Shown here piece after piece: positions 53,426-64,000 of a stretch of DNA of 64,000 nucleotides. The notes below the pieces were generated by a model, which did no database searches, was not told where the DNA came from, and was given only the letters and a program-made list of their open reading frames with translations. This stretch comes from Phaeosaccion multiseriatum (taxonomy: Eukaryota > Protista > Ochrophyta, other classes), in NCBI GenBank assembly GCA_965112735.1, contig OZ218950.1:5890001-5954000 (forward strand), written 5' to 3'. The position numbers and the translations under genes are program-made. Position 1 is the stretch's first letter. Each line of letters starts with the position of its first letter.

Positions 53426-53918
53426 TGCTCTGACTCCGAACCCCCCCCCACTGTCGTTCCCTCCCTCTCTGTCCTTCCTCCCTGCCTCCCTGCCCCCTTC
53501 CTTCCTCGCGAAGCGATCGGCACTTCCTCCGCCTACCGCTCCTCCTCTTTGGAGTCTCGACCCCTTCTGCCCTCTTCTCCGGTGGCAGACAGGCCGCTTT
53601 CTTCCCACCTAAGCGGCAGGCAAGCAGGGAGAGCAGCAGCGAAATGAGTCAGTTCAGAGGAAGGGGGTTGCATTCAGCAGGCCTGACACTCCGACTCCGC
53701 TGACCACCACCGCCCACAGCGAGCGAGTGCAAGCCCAAGGTCCTGCCTACACTGTACCTACACAGACCCCGCCACTCCGCACACCAGCCTCTCTTGGCAC
53801 ACACCTGGATGGGGCCTCCTCTCCTCCTCCTGGCTTGCAGAGGGCGTCTGATTCCTTCGCAACTCTGCCCCGCTTCTGATTCCTTCGCAAGGCGCGGGAA
53901 AACGGGAGAGCTTCTGTG

Positions 53919-55988
53919 TCAAAAGTACTCCACGCGGAGCCCCTCGGGCAGATCTGCGGGCAGCGGGCACTGCCTCCCAACCTTGAGATACTGGAGGCCA
54001 GCAGGCAGGCCCGTCAATGGACAGGTGTACCTAAATCCCAGCGTCAGCCTCCGCAGAGACGCAGGGAGCTGCAAGGGATGATTAAAGTCGGGCCCCATCA
54101 CCACCTCCTCCACACCACAAGGAAGAATCAACTGCTGATTGAACGCCGAATACCTGCCGAAGGTAAGCTTCCTCAGCGAGGGAGGGAAAGCGATGGGTCT
54201 GTTAAAACGCTTCCCGAATGTCACCTCCTCCAGCGAGCTCGGCAGGATCACATCAGGCTGATTGAACCGCGAGTACTCGTAAAAAGTGAGCTTCCTCAGC
54301 GAGGGAGGGAAAGCGATGGGTCTGTTAAAACACTCCCCGAATGTCACCTCCTCCAGCGCGCTCGGCAGGATCACATCCTGCTGATTGAACGCCGAGCCCT
54401 CAGCAAAAGTAAGCTTCCTCAGCGAGGGAGGGAAAACGATGGGTCTGTCAAAGTAGTGCCCGAAAGTCACCTCCTCCAGCGAGCTCGGCAACAACACATC
54501 AGGCTGATTGAACGCCGAATCCTCAACGAAAGTAAGCTTCCTCAGCGAGGGAGGGAACGCGACGGGTCTGGTGAAGTCCTTCCCGAATGTCACCTCCTCC
54601 AGCGCGCTGGGCAACATCACATCAGGCTGATTGAACGCCGAATTGAAGTAGAAAATTAGCTTCCTCAGCGAGGGAGGGAAAGCGATGGGTCTGTTAAAGT
54701 CCCTCCCGAATATCATCTTCTCCAGCGAGCTCGGCAGGATCACATCAGGCTGATTGAACCACGAATTCCAGCGGAAAGTAAGCTTCCTCAGCGAGGGAGG
54801 GAAAGCGATGGGTCTGTTAAAGTCCCCCCCGAATGTCACCTCCTCCAGCGAGCTCGGCAGGATCACATCAGGCTGATTGAACGCCGAATCCCAGTCGAAA
54901 GTAAGCTTCCTCAGCGAGGGAGGGAAAGCGATGGGTCTGTTAAAGTACTCCCCGAATGACACCTCCTCCAGCGAGCTCGGCAACAACACATCAGGCTGAT
55001 TGAACCGCGAGAGATTGGAGAAAGTAAGCTTCCTCAGCGAGGGAGGGAACGCGATGGGTCTGTTAAAGGCCCACCCGAGTGTCACCTCCTCCAGCGAGCT
55101 CGGCAGGATCACATCAGGCTGATTGAACAGCGAGCCCTCAGCAAAAGTAAGCTTCCTCAGCGAGAGAGGGAAAGCGATGGGTCTGTTGAAATGCCACCCG
55201 AATTTCACCTCCTCCAGCGAGCTCGGCAACAACACATCAGGCTGATTGAACTGTGAGGTAGAGAGGAAAGTGAGCTTCCTCAGCGAGGGAGGGAAAGCGA
55301 TGGGTCTGTTAAAGTCCTTCCCGAATGTCACCTCCTCCAGCGAGCTCGGCAACAACACATCAGGCTGACAGAACAGCGAGTCCTCGGCAAAAGTAAGCTT
55401 CCTCAGCAAGGGAGGGAAAGCGATGGGTCTGTCAAAGTCCCTCCCGAAAGTCACCTCCTCCAGCGAGCTCGGCAATAACACATCAGACTGATTGAAAGCC
55501 TCAGAGAAGAGCACACCCTTCACCGACCGTGGCAACATGGACAACACGTTGACAACGAGAGCCTCTTCAGTGGCAGAAGGGTCGCGTCCACTCCGGGCGC
55601 CGAGACGCACGGCGATCACGCAAAATAAGCGCCTCTCATTCCCCGGCCCAGTCTCATCGCGCTGTGAGCTCTCGGGCAGCTGGCGCTGTGCCCTTCCCTT
55701 TGCCCGCTTCCCCCCCCTTTCGAGCGCATCCTGATCTGCAGCAGCAGCAGGCCTAGTCCCCGACCAAGAAGACGAAGATGCAGTATGGTGCTTCTCCTCG
55801 TCTTTCTGCTGCTGCTCCTCCAGCATGCTAAGCATGCGCCTCTTGACATCACCAGGCATGTCGGCGCTAAGGACCAGAGTGCGGCACGTGAGCTTGTCCA
55901 CCTCCTTGCACACTCCCCACAGGGCCTTGTGTGTCGGGAAAAGGCTGGCCACAGTACTCAAGGCCCGCGCTCCGCAGGTATCACTCAT
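53919..55988 (-). CDS. FNIP-repeat protein 3, 689 aa, 11 modules
   Basis: Same architecture; intact ORF; head-to-head with the gene at 56341. Confidence 0.88.
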   Translation of the reverse strand: MSDTCGARALSTVASLFPTHKALWGVCKEVDKLTCRTLVLSADMPGDVKRRMLSMLEEQQQKDEEKHHTASSSSWSGTRPAAAADQDALERGGKRAKGRAQRQLPESSQRDETGPGNERRLFCVIAVRLGARSGRDPSATEEALVVNVLSMLPRSVKGVLFSEAFNQSDVLLPSSLEEVTFGRDFDRPIAFPPLLRKLTFAEDSLFCQPDVLLPSSLEEVTFGKDFNRPIAFPPSLRKLTFLSTSQFNQPDVLLPSSLEEVKFGWHFNRPIAFPLSLRKLTFAEGSLFNQPDVILPSSLEEVTLGWAFNRPIAFPPSLRKLTFSNLSRFNQPDVLLPSSLEEVSFGEYFNRPIAFPPSLRKLTFDWDSAFNQPDVILPSSLEEVTFGGDFNRPIAFPPSLRKLTFRWNSWFNQPDVILPSSLEKMIFGRDFNRPIAFPPSLRKLIFYFNSAFNQPDVMLPSALEEVTFGKDFTRPVAFPPSLRKLTFVEDSAFNQPDVLLPSSLEEVTFGHYFDRPIVFPPSLRKLTFAEGSAFNQQDVILPSALEEVTFGECFNRPIAFPPSLRKLTFYEYSRFNQPDVILPSSLEEVTFGKRFNRPIAFPPSLRKLTFGRYSAFNQQLILPCGVEEVVMGPDFNHPLQLPASLRRLTLGFRYTCPLTGLPAGLQYLKVGRQCPLPADLPEGLRVEYF

Positions 55989-56340
55989 GCTTCTCCAAGG
56001 ATGATGAGTCTCGATGGATAGATAAAGCACAAGAAAAGGGAGAAGAAAATCCTCCCCCCACGGGCCGCCCCCCCCTTTCATTAACATACTCTCTCCCTCC
56101 TCTCTCCTCCTCCCCTTCTCTCCTCCTCTCTCTCTCTCTCTCACTCATGGTCCTCCTGTAAGAGCAAAGAGGCAGTCATCTTTATTTGCTCCGAGGCTAG
56201 GCCTGCAGCTGCGGGGAGCTGGGGTGCTTCTCATGGGCGTGGGCTTCGTTTTTGGGTGAGCGAAGGGGACGCAGCAAACCGTGGATCCACCACAACCGCT
56301 CTCTTTTCTTGCTCTCACCTGACTTTAGAGTGCTGTTGAA

Positions 56341-56825
56341 ATGTCTGCCGCGTTAAGTGGTGTATGGAGCAGTCGATGGCTTCTCCTGTTCGTGTGTCTC
56401 GTCCTGCTGAGCAGGGTTGAAGCAAGTAGCAGCAGGAGAAGCACTGCAACCAGATGCAGTTCAAGTAGCAGCAACAGCGTCACGGGTCTTGGGCAGAGCC
56501 CCAGTGGTAGCAGCAGCAGCAGTAGCAGCAGTGGGGACGTGCAAGAGCCGATGGATTGGGAGGCTATTCGGGCAGAGGCGCTGGATAGTGCCTCCACGCG
56601 GCGATGGCAGACAGTTCTGCGCGGTAGTGGCGAGAGCCGCAAGAGTGGTAACACAAACAGCAAGAAGAAGATACTGATCATCGACGTGGACAGTACGCTG
56701 TACCCTGCCTCCTGTAAAGTGGAGAAGGGCGTGGTGAAGGGCATCCATCAATGGGGGCTGAAGAACTTCGGCCTGTCTCCAGAGGTAAAATGAATGGAAA
56801 AAGTTGGGCATATTAGTCCTATGAT

Positions 56826-56856
<31 letters not shown>

Positions 56857-59800
56857 GGTGCTCATTCCTCTAGTCCCACCCACTCACGCGCAAGGCCTCT
56901 CCGCCTTGCTCTCTCTCCTTTGCCTCCCTCCTCTTCCTTCCCTCCCATGGATCCCCGCCCGCCCTTGTTACTGGAAGGAGTGCGACGCCCTTCACCGTGA
57001 ATGCGGATCGACGATAGAGGCGCTACAGCAGACGGGTAAGATCCCTCCGGGCTCGCCCTTGCTGCAAGACTTCTACGACCAAGTATACCAAGGGGTGGAC
57101 CTCTCAGCCCTCCTCCACAAGAGTAGCAGCAGTAGCAGCGGCAGCAGCATTGGTGGTGGTGGTGGTGGTGAGAGTGATGGAGACAGCACAGGGTATCGCC
57201 ACTCCCCCCCCGCGTGGCTGCATCTGCTGGAGGCCCTTCCCTCGGAGGCCAAGTGTCTTGCCTCCAACTCTCCTCTGCGTCATGTCAAGCGCGTGTTGGC
57301 GGCGCTGGGGCTTGCGCACGTGCAGTGGGGACACATTCTCACACCAGACACCCGGTGAGCTTGTGAGGGATAGGGAGGGACGGAGGGTTGGATGGAATGA
57401 GGGAGGGAGGGAGGGAGGGAGAAAGGGATGATCCTCCTGAAATGGTGATGGAGGACTGGGGAGGGAATGGTACGATGGTCGGCCGGTCGATCGGTCGGTC
57501 CACCTCACCATCAGCACTCACTTCGCTGCACTGCGTTGCTGTCTCCTCTATGGACTCACTCACGCCCATGCGACTCTCTCTCCCTCTCTCTCTCTCTCTC
57601 GTTGACTTCCTCACTCACCCACTCACTCATACGCACACACCCTGGCTCCACAGAGGCGGCCTGACTAAGGCAGACCCGTCCTTCTACGACCCCATCACCT
57701 CGGCATATCCCGAAGCGGAGTTCGCTCTACTAGATGACAGCAAGCACGTACGTATGTCAGCAAGAGGCCCTTGGCAAGAGGCCATCGGTAGGAGGCCCGT
57801 CAGCGGCACTAGCAGGGACAGGGGCAGCAGCTGAGCTTATCACCCTATGCCACGGCTCGCACCTTCCCATTGGAGTGCTCGGATGCTTCCCACCCCTGCC
57901 TGCCTGCCTGTCTGTCTGCCTGCCTGCCTGCCTGCCTACCTACCTACCTACCCACCTACCTACCTGCCTACCTACCTACCAACCTATCTTCTCACCTGCC
58001 TACCTACCTACCTGCCTACCTACCTACCTGCCTACCTGCCTACCTACCCATCCATCCCTCCCGTGCGGGTGCTGCTGCTGCTGCGCCTGGATCACCAACT
58101 GCTACTCTTGCTTGTACTACTACTACTACTACTACTACTATCCTCGCCCCCCCTCTCATGTCGGTTCTCCCCCTTGCCTCTCAGAACTTGATGGTGGGCG
58201 AGGAGGCGGGTCTCACAGGCACTCTCATCACAGAGGCATTTCCTCTCGAGAGAGGCCTCGCCGCGGCTCTGGGGGCCATCCCTGCGCCAGAGCAGTGGGA
58301 GGTGAGGATGTTCGGGGGTGGGCAGGAGGGAGGGGGGGCGGGTACATACCTGATAGGAGCACAGACAAAGGGCGTGTGGGTGGGTGTCGCGTGCTCACAT
58401 TTTTTTCGCTGCTGGTGTTCCATTCCGTTTGTCGATGCGCTCGATACAATATCGTATCGATATGCGCAGTTCTCGGAGCTGGAATATCTCCGCAGCAAGA
58501 ACGAGGTCGATGCTGTGTCTCGAAACAGGTGCGAAGTGTACAAAGTTTAAAAGTTGGGGTCAGGAGTGCGAAGTCTCTTACCTTTGCCCATATGCCTCCA
58601 CTTGCCCTGTCCTGACACCTCACACCCTGTCCCGACACCCGTCACTCGGCACCAGCGCGGTCTGGCAGCGGCTGGAGCAGGAGGTGCTTGCCTCTACTCA
58701 GGGCGAGGGCGACGAGTGCCTGCGGGTGCTCGACTTGGGTGCGGGGCTGCTTGCCATGCTCGAGCCAGTGGCCGCCCTACAGGGGGCCTTCAGGTGCGTC
58801 AGTTAGACAGGTAGGGGGGAGGGTAGTGGACGGCGCTGGTGTGATATGGGCATATGGGCAACGACATCGCTCAACGCTTTGCCAATGAAGTATGTTTTTT
58901 GTTTTTACGGCACAAGAGAGACCTATCACCATTTGAATTACTTTAACAGCCCCGTTTCATACACGTGTGTGTGTGTGTGTGTGTGTTGATGTGGGTGTGC
59001 GTGCGCGTGCCGCAGTCGTATCGAGTACGTGGCCTTCGAGAAGGAGGGGAATATCGCAGCCGCGGCCGAAGAGAGACTCCTGAGGGACCTCGGATTTACA
59101 GCCGTCACAGCAGTTGGTGATACGGCACCAGAGTGGATGCACGAGAACGATCGCATCGGGGAGACACACAGGGACGGGCGAGGGGCAGGGAGGGGGGTGG
59201 TGAAGAGCTATCGACGAGACGGCGACGTGGAGACTCGGAGACCGGAGATTCTCGTGCACGTGCGGCAGGAGTCGTTTCTGGATGTAAGCGGGTCGTCAGG
59301 GCTCTTTCGCCAGGAGGAGCAGTTGGTGATACAGAAGCAGCAGCAGCAGCAGCAGCTGCAGGCGGAGGAGGAGGACAGCGGGGAAGCTCCATCTGTCTCG
59401 GCGACGACTCGTCCTCTCCAGCCGGAAGGCGGTGCCAGCTACTTTGATGCCGACGCCTACCGGCGCCCTGCTGGTGTATCACCAACCGCTGTCCCCCCTC
59501 CCCGCCTCCCGCCGCACCTCATCATAGGCTGCTGCCTGGCCGACCTCTTCGACCCCTGTGTCTTCGCCGCTGCAGTCGAGCGCCTGGCCTGTGAGTCCGG
59601 GTGTCTCCTCTACCTTCCCATCACCTTCCAGGGCAAGACCACCTTGCACCCGTCCGTTGGACCTTGCTTGGCGGCAGAAGCCGCGACAGCATCAGCTGCA
59701 GCACTTGGTGATGAAGACACAACAATAGCAGCAGCAGCAGCAGCAGCAGTCGGTGACACGGCACCAACTGGAGCATCCTCATCGGTTACAGAAGGCGACC

Positions 59801-61804
59801 ATCGGATCCCTGCGGATGTGGAGGTCATGAGCCACTACCACCGTAGTCTGAGGGAGGGGGAGGGACACAACCTCGACTCGGATACCCTCGTCCGGGCGAT
59901 TGAGGCACATGGCGGTGACGTCATCGAGCAAGGGTCCTCCAACTGGCACGTGTCCGCCTCGAAGCACCAACGGCTGTGGGAGAGCCTGCTGTTCTTCTTC
60001 GGCATGGGCGCGGCCCCGCTGGTTGCGATGGAGGGTGAAGGTAAGGGGAGGGTCAGGGTCAGGTTAAGGTTTAGGATGAGTCGGAATCAGGATCACGGTC
60101 AGGGTCAGGGTCCTGATCAAAGGTCCTGATCAAAGCCTGGGTCAGGGTCAGGGTCAGGGTCAGGATCAAAGCCTGGGTCAGGGTCAGGGTCAGCGTCAGG
60201 GCAAGGGCCAGGGTTAAGTTCCGGGTCAGGGTCAGGGTCAGGGTGTTTGTTTTTGTGCGTGTGCGTGTGCTTGTGTGTATGTGTTTGTGGCCTCACTTCC
60301 CTCCCCCTGTCCCCTCCCCTCCCTCCCCCTCTTCTCCCATCCCCTCCCTGGCTCCCTGGCTCGCTGTACCGTATATGTATGCGGATCATCACCACCTCAC
60401 TCACAGGCAAGGAAGGGTCGCTGAGACGAGGTGAAAGGCCCCCCTCTGTCCTCTCCGCCTCCGCTGGGACTGTTCGTAACGACATCCGGGGGTGGGTGGA
60501 GAGGACGCGGAAGAACAAACCCGATATCGAGATTGATAATGTCGACATCTTGGCGAGGACTTTCAAGCCCCCCGCCGGGAGAAGCGGTACGTGCTGTGGC
60601 TGCTGTTTTTGTCATATCGAAGGCCATCTTTGCAGAAAGTGAAAGGGTTTCTTGTGATGTGGCACCATTACGTTTGTGTGTGTTTGTGACAGCGGGTAGG
60701 AGCAGGGAGACAGACAGCGACGACACGGAGAGAGGCAGGCAATCGTCCGGTCGCGAGCCGCGTTGCTCGTTATTGACTCGGGCGGAGGGTTTCCCTCGCA
60801 GTGACTGTGTCACAAGCGACGCCCGCTCGGGACGCCCGCTCGCCTAGACCATGAGAAGAAGCATCCGTACAAGGCCTGACAAGCCGACTCCACTCCACTC
60901 CACTCCACTCCACTCCACTCCACTCCACTCCACTCCCCTCCCACTCTCTTCTGCTTTGCTGTGCTCTGCTTGGCGTGGCTCCATTTGCTCCGTCCGCTGC
61001 AGGGTGGACTGCCGCAGGAGGGCGGCCGGCCAAGGAGAGCGGTGGGGAGGAAACTCCGACTGGAACTGAAACTGGCTTTCCCACGAGTACTGCTGCCGCG
61101 ACTGCGGTGGAAGCAAGGGGCGGGCAGGGGCAAGGGCAAGGGCAGGGCGTGGGTGCGAGTGTGGGGCAGGGTGAGGGTGAGGGTGAGGGTGGGCAAGAAA
61201 GGAGTGCCCGTGTGCTCGAGTTCACGGCGCCGAGGAAGGTGCGTGTGTCGGTCCTTCACGCAAGACGGTGCGAATGTGCTTTGTTGACTTTTATCCGTCC
61301 TGATGTGGAGCCACTCGCCTCGCCTGCCCTACCCTTGCTGCTGCTGTTGCCATCTGCTGCTGTATCACCAACTGCTGCAGGTACATGTGGTGGAGGAGGT
61401 GGTTTCTGCGGCGGAGGTGGGCCCTCAGCAGCTCCTCGTGGAGGCCGTCTGCTCGTCCATCAGCTCCGGAACAGGTGTGTGTGTGTGTGTGTGTGCGTGT
61501 GTGTGCGTGTGTGCGTGTGTGTGCGTGTATGTGGAGAGTGAATAGTATAATAGTGTGCCGCCGTGCCCCTGCCCGCTCGAATGGAGGGCTCCGTCACCAC
61601 AGCGCCTCCCTGCTGCCCCCATTGCAGCCCCAACCCCTGCCCCTCAGCCTCAATGGTGTGTCTGTCTCCACTCACTATGCACTATGTCTCCACTCACTAT
61701 GCACTATGTCTCCACTCACTATGCACTATGCTGCACATAACGTGCACCCAGCCATGCACTCACACCACCTTCTCGTCCCAATAATAGCATGATGTGCTCA
61801 TTTG

Positions 61805-61853
<49 letters not shown>

Positions 61854-63880
61854 CACGCCAGAGCTGAAGGTGTTCAGGGGAGACTTTGAGGCGGGGGCCC
61901 AGCTCGACACCACCATCGAGGGAATGGCAGAGGACGTTATGGAATACCCGCTCCGCTACGGTTACAGGTGAGAAAAAGAGGCTCTGCCAGGGCCATAGAG
62001 AGGGGAAGAGATGGTCAGCAAGGGGCGGAGAGAATCAGAGGAGTAGAGACACAGAACCCGGGAGACTCACTGAAGAATAGCCCGGCCCTGACGTGAATCA
62101 TGGGTTGGGTCTCGTGTGATGGTGTGATTGGGTGGTTGTACCTGCCCGACAGGCTTCCTCCAAGGTCGGGCGCTTGCCTTTACTCCCTCACACGCCCCAT
62201 TCACTCACTCATGCACCACTCCATCCATAACCCCCCGCCCCCCCCGACTTGACGACTACCTTACATATCACCAACAGCTTGGTCGGTAGAGTAGTGGAGT
62301 GCGGCTCTGCTGTGCAGGACCCGGATCAGTACACGGGCAGACTCGTCTTCACCTTCAGCCCTCACGCCTCCCGCCTCGTCGTGGATGAGAGTGCCGTAAT
62401 GCTTGTACCAGAGGTGAGGAGGAGGTGGTAGATCGTGTGTGCCTATGTTAATGGTGCGTTGCTTGTCGTCGCGGTCTGTGATGCTGATTTGGGTGTGGGG
62501 GGGGGGGGGGGCAAGTACCACCAGAACCCCCTCCCCTAACGCTGCTTCATGCACCTCTAACGCACACACGCACACACGCACGCACACACGCACGCACACG
62601 CGCACGCACACGCGCACGCACACGCACTCCTCCACCCTTCTCACCACCTTGTGCCGCTCTCTGCTCGCTCGCTCTCTCTCTCTCTCTCTCTCATTGCCCC
62701 TCGCTTCGTCCTCTGCCCTCTGCCCTCCATCTCCACCTCCACCCCTACCACCCCCCCCCCCTCCACAGGGTATATCTGCCCGTGACGCAGTGTACTTGCC
62801 TGCCGTAGAGACGGCCCTTGCGCTTGTGCAAGACGCCAATCCCGTCGTCGGAGAAGATGTTGCCGTCATCGGACAAGGCATGATTGGGTGCGTGCCTTTC
62901 GCTATTATTGCCATGGGGAAAGTATTTATCTTAGCCACGCACGAAATGGCACAATCATACCCACACCCACACGTATTGAGTGCTGAGCTACTTACGGGTA
63001 CACGCTTGATGGGGGTGGGTAGGTAGGGCATGATTGGGTATCTGTATTGCTGAGTGGTGAGGTGGGCATGGTTGGGTGGTGAGGTGGGCATGGTTGGGTA
63101 TCTGTATTGCTGAGTGGTAGGGTGGGCATGGTTGGGTATCTGTATTGCTGAGTGGTGGGGTGGACATGGTTGGGTGGTGGGGTGGGCATGGTTGGGTGGT
63201 GGGGTGGGCATGGTTGGGTGGTGGGGTGGGCATGGTTGGGTATCTGTATTGCTGAGTGGTGGGGTGGGCATGGTTGGGTATCTGTATTGCTGAGTGGTGG
63301 GGTGGGCATGGTTGGGTGGTGGGGTGGGCATGGTTGGGTATCTGTATTGCTGAGTGGTGGGGTGGGCATGGTTGGGTGGTGGGGTGGGCATGGTTGGGTA
63401 TCTGTATTGCTGAGTGGTGGGGTGGGCATGGTTGGGTGGTGGGGTGGACATGGTTGGGTATCTGTATTGCTGAGTGGTGGGGTGGGCATGGTTGGGTGGT
63501 GGGGTGGACATGGTTGGGTATCTGTATTGCTGAGTGGTGGGGTGGGCATGGTTGGGTGGTGGGGTGGGCATGGTTGGGTATCTGTTATAAAGGCCGCTTC
63601 TCTCTGTGTCTCTCTTTGTCTCTGTCTGTCTGTCTGCCTGTCTGTCTGTCTGTCTCTCGCGCGCTTCCTTCCTTCCTCCCCTCCTGCCGTCCCTCCCCCC
63701 CCTCCTCCCTCTCACTCCCCCAATACCCCCCCCCCCCTCCCGCCACCCACACACACCCGTCCATTGCCATCCTCCCAGCCTCCTGGTGACCGCCATCCTC
63801 GCTCAAACACATGGCCGTGCTGGGGGAGGGAGCGTCACCGCCGTGGATAAGCTCCCCTCGAGGCTTGAGGCCGCGCAGAG
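56341..63880 (+). CDS. Signal peptide + HAD hydrolase (pyrimidine 5'-nucleotidase-like) + class I SAM-methyltransferase-like + MDR dehydrogenase fusion; 3' end outside window
   Basis: HAD motifs IIDVDSTLY, LASNS, TKADP, LLDDSKHNL. MTase YLRSKNEVDAVSRN, LRVLDLGAG, LYLPITFQG, GSSNWHV. MDR SSISSGTE, YPLRYGYSLVG, VAVIGQGMIGLL. Predicted exon phases join across both domain borders. Confidence 0.75.
63030..63585. repeat. Intronic compound minisatellite (GGTGGGGTGGGCATGGTTGGGT / ATCTGTATTGCTGAGT)
   Basis: Tandem alternating units inside an MDR-region intron. Confidence 0.88.
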
Positions 63881-64000
63881 GTATGTAAGTGTGTATGTAT
63901 GTATGTGTGGCATTGTCCATGCACACAGAAACCTTTCCTTCATTTTATTTTAATCACAAACTGTCTGGTGTGATCTCATGTTTTTCCTACTTACATTACA

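Larger units (their letters stand above)
46988..56015. repeat. Tandem segmental duplication, two ~4.5-kb units (46988-51430, 51539-56015); third partial unit at 40525-43230
   Basis: Colinear near-identical blocks: spliced-gene relic, (ATC)n, 3' flank, FNIP gene. Confidence 0.9.

Noticed and set aside
41590-55500. CRISPR array or DGR as explanation for the constant/variable periodicity
   Set aside because: The period is an in-frame protein repeat with variable patches of only 6-15 nt; no cas or reverse transcriptase gene; variation is not visibly adenine-restricted.
60050-60245. (GGGTCA)n tract resembling telomeric repeats
   Set aside because: Degenerate, intronic, and one of many simple repeats in this genome.

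Overview
Eukaryotic, intron-rich, microsatellite-laden genomic DNA, most likely from a stramenopile alga (H3 [11 protein letters not shown]...RGERS and H4 [12 protein letters not shown] variants; signal plus Ser-rich presequence on the last gene). Left 25 kb: four ordinary spliced genes (alanine aminotransferase, UNC-45, NHE8/NHX-type exchanger, Sds22). From 56.3 kb: a spliced HAD-phosphatase/SAM-methyltransferase-like/MDR-dehydrogenase triple fusion that runs off the window. Between them is a ~31-kb dynamic island with two parts. (i) 25.3-40 kb is a histone H4/H4/H3 cluster with 3' stem-loops, interleaved with three versions (short, long, pseudogene) of a gene encoding PWWP + a T5orf172/GIY-YIG-like domain + C3H zinc fingers + NLS; orphan histone stem-loops sit at the unit junctions. 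(ii) 40.5-56 kb holds three tandem FNIP-repeat genes with uninterrupted CDSs, built from 41-aa/123-bp modules with a near-invariant framework and two hypervariable patches that are shuffled among paralogues, plus a piggyBac-like relic. The FNIP array (candidate diversifying recognition system) and the histone-embedded PWWP/nuclease-like gene are the best novelty candidates. All domain calls come from motif recognition by eye; no searches were run, and exon boundaries are manual predictions.
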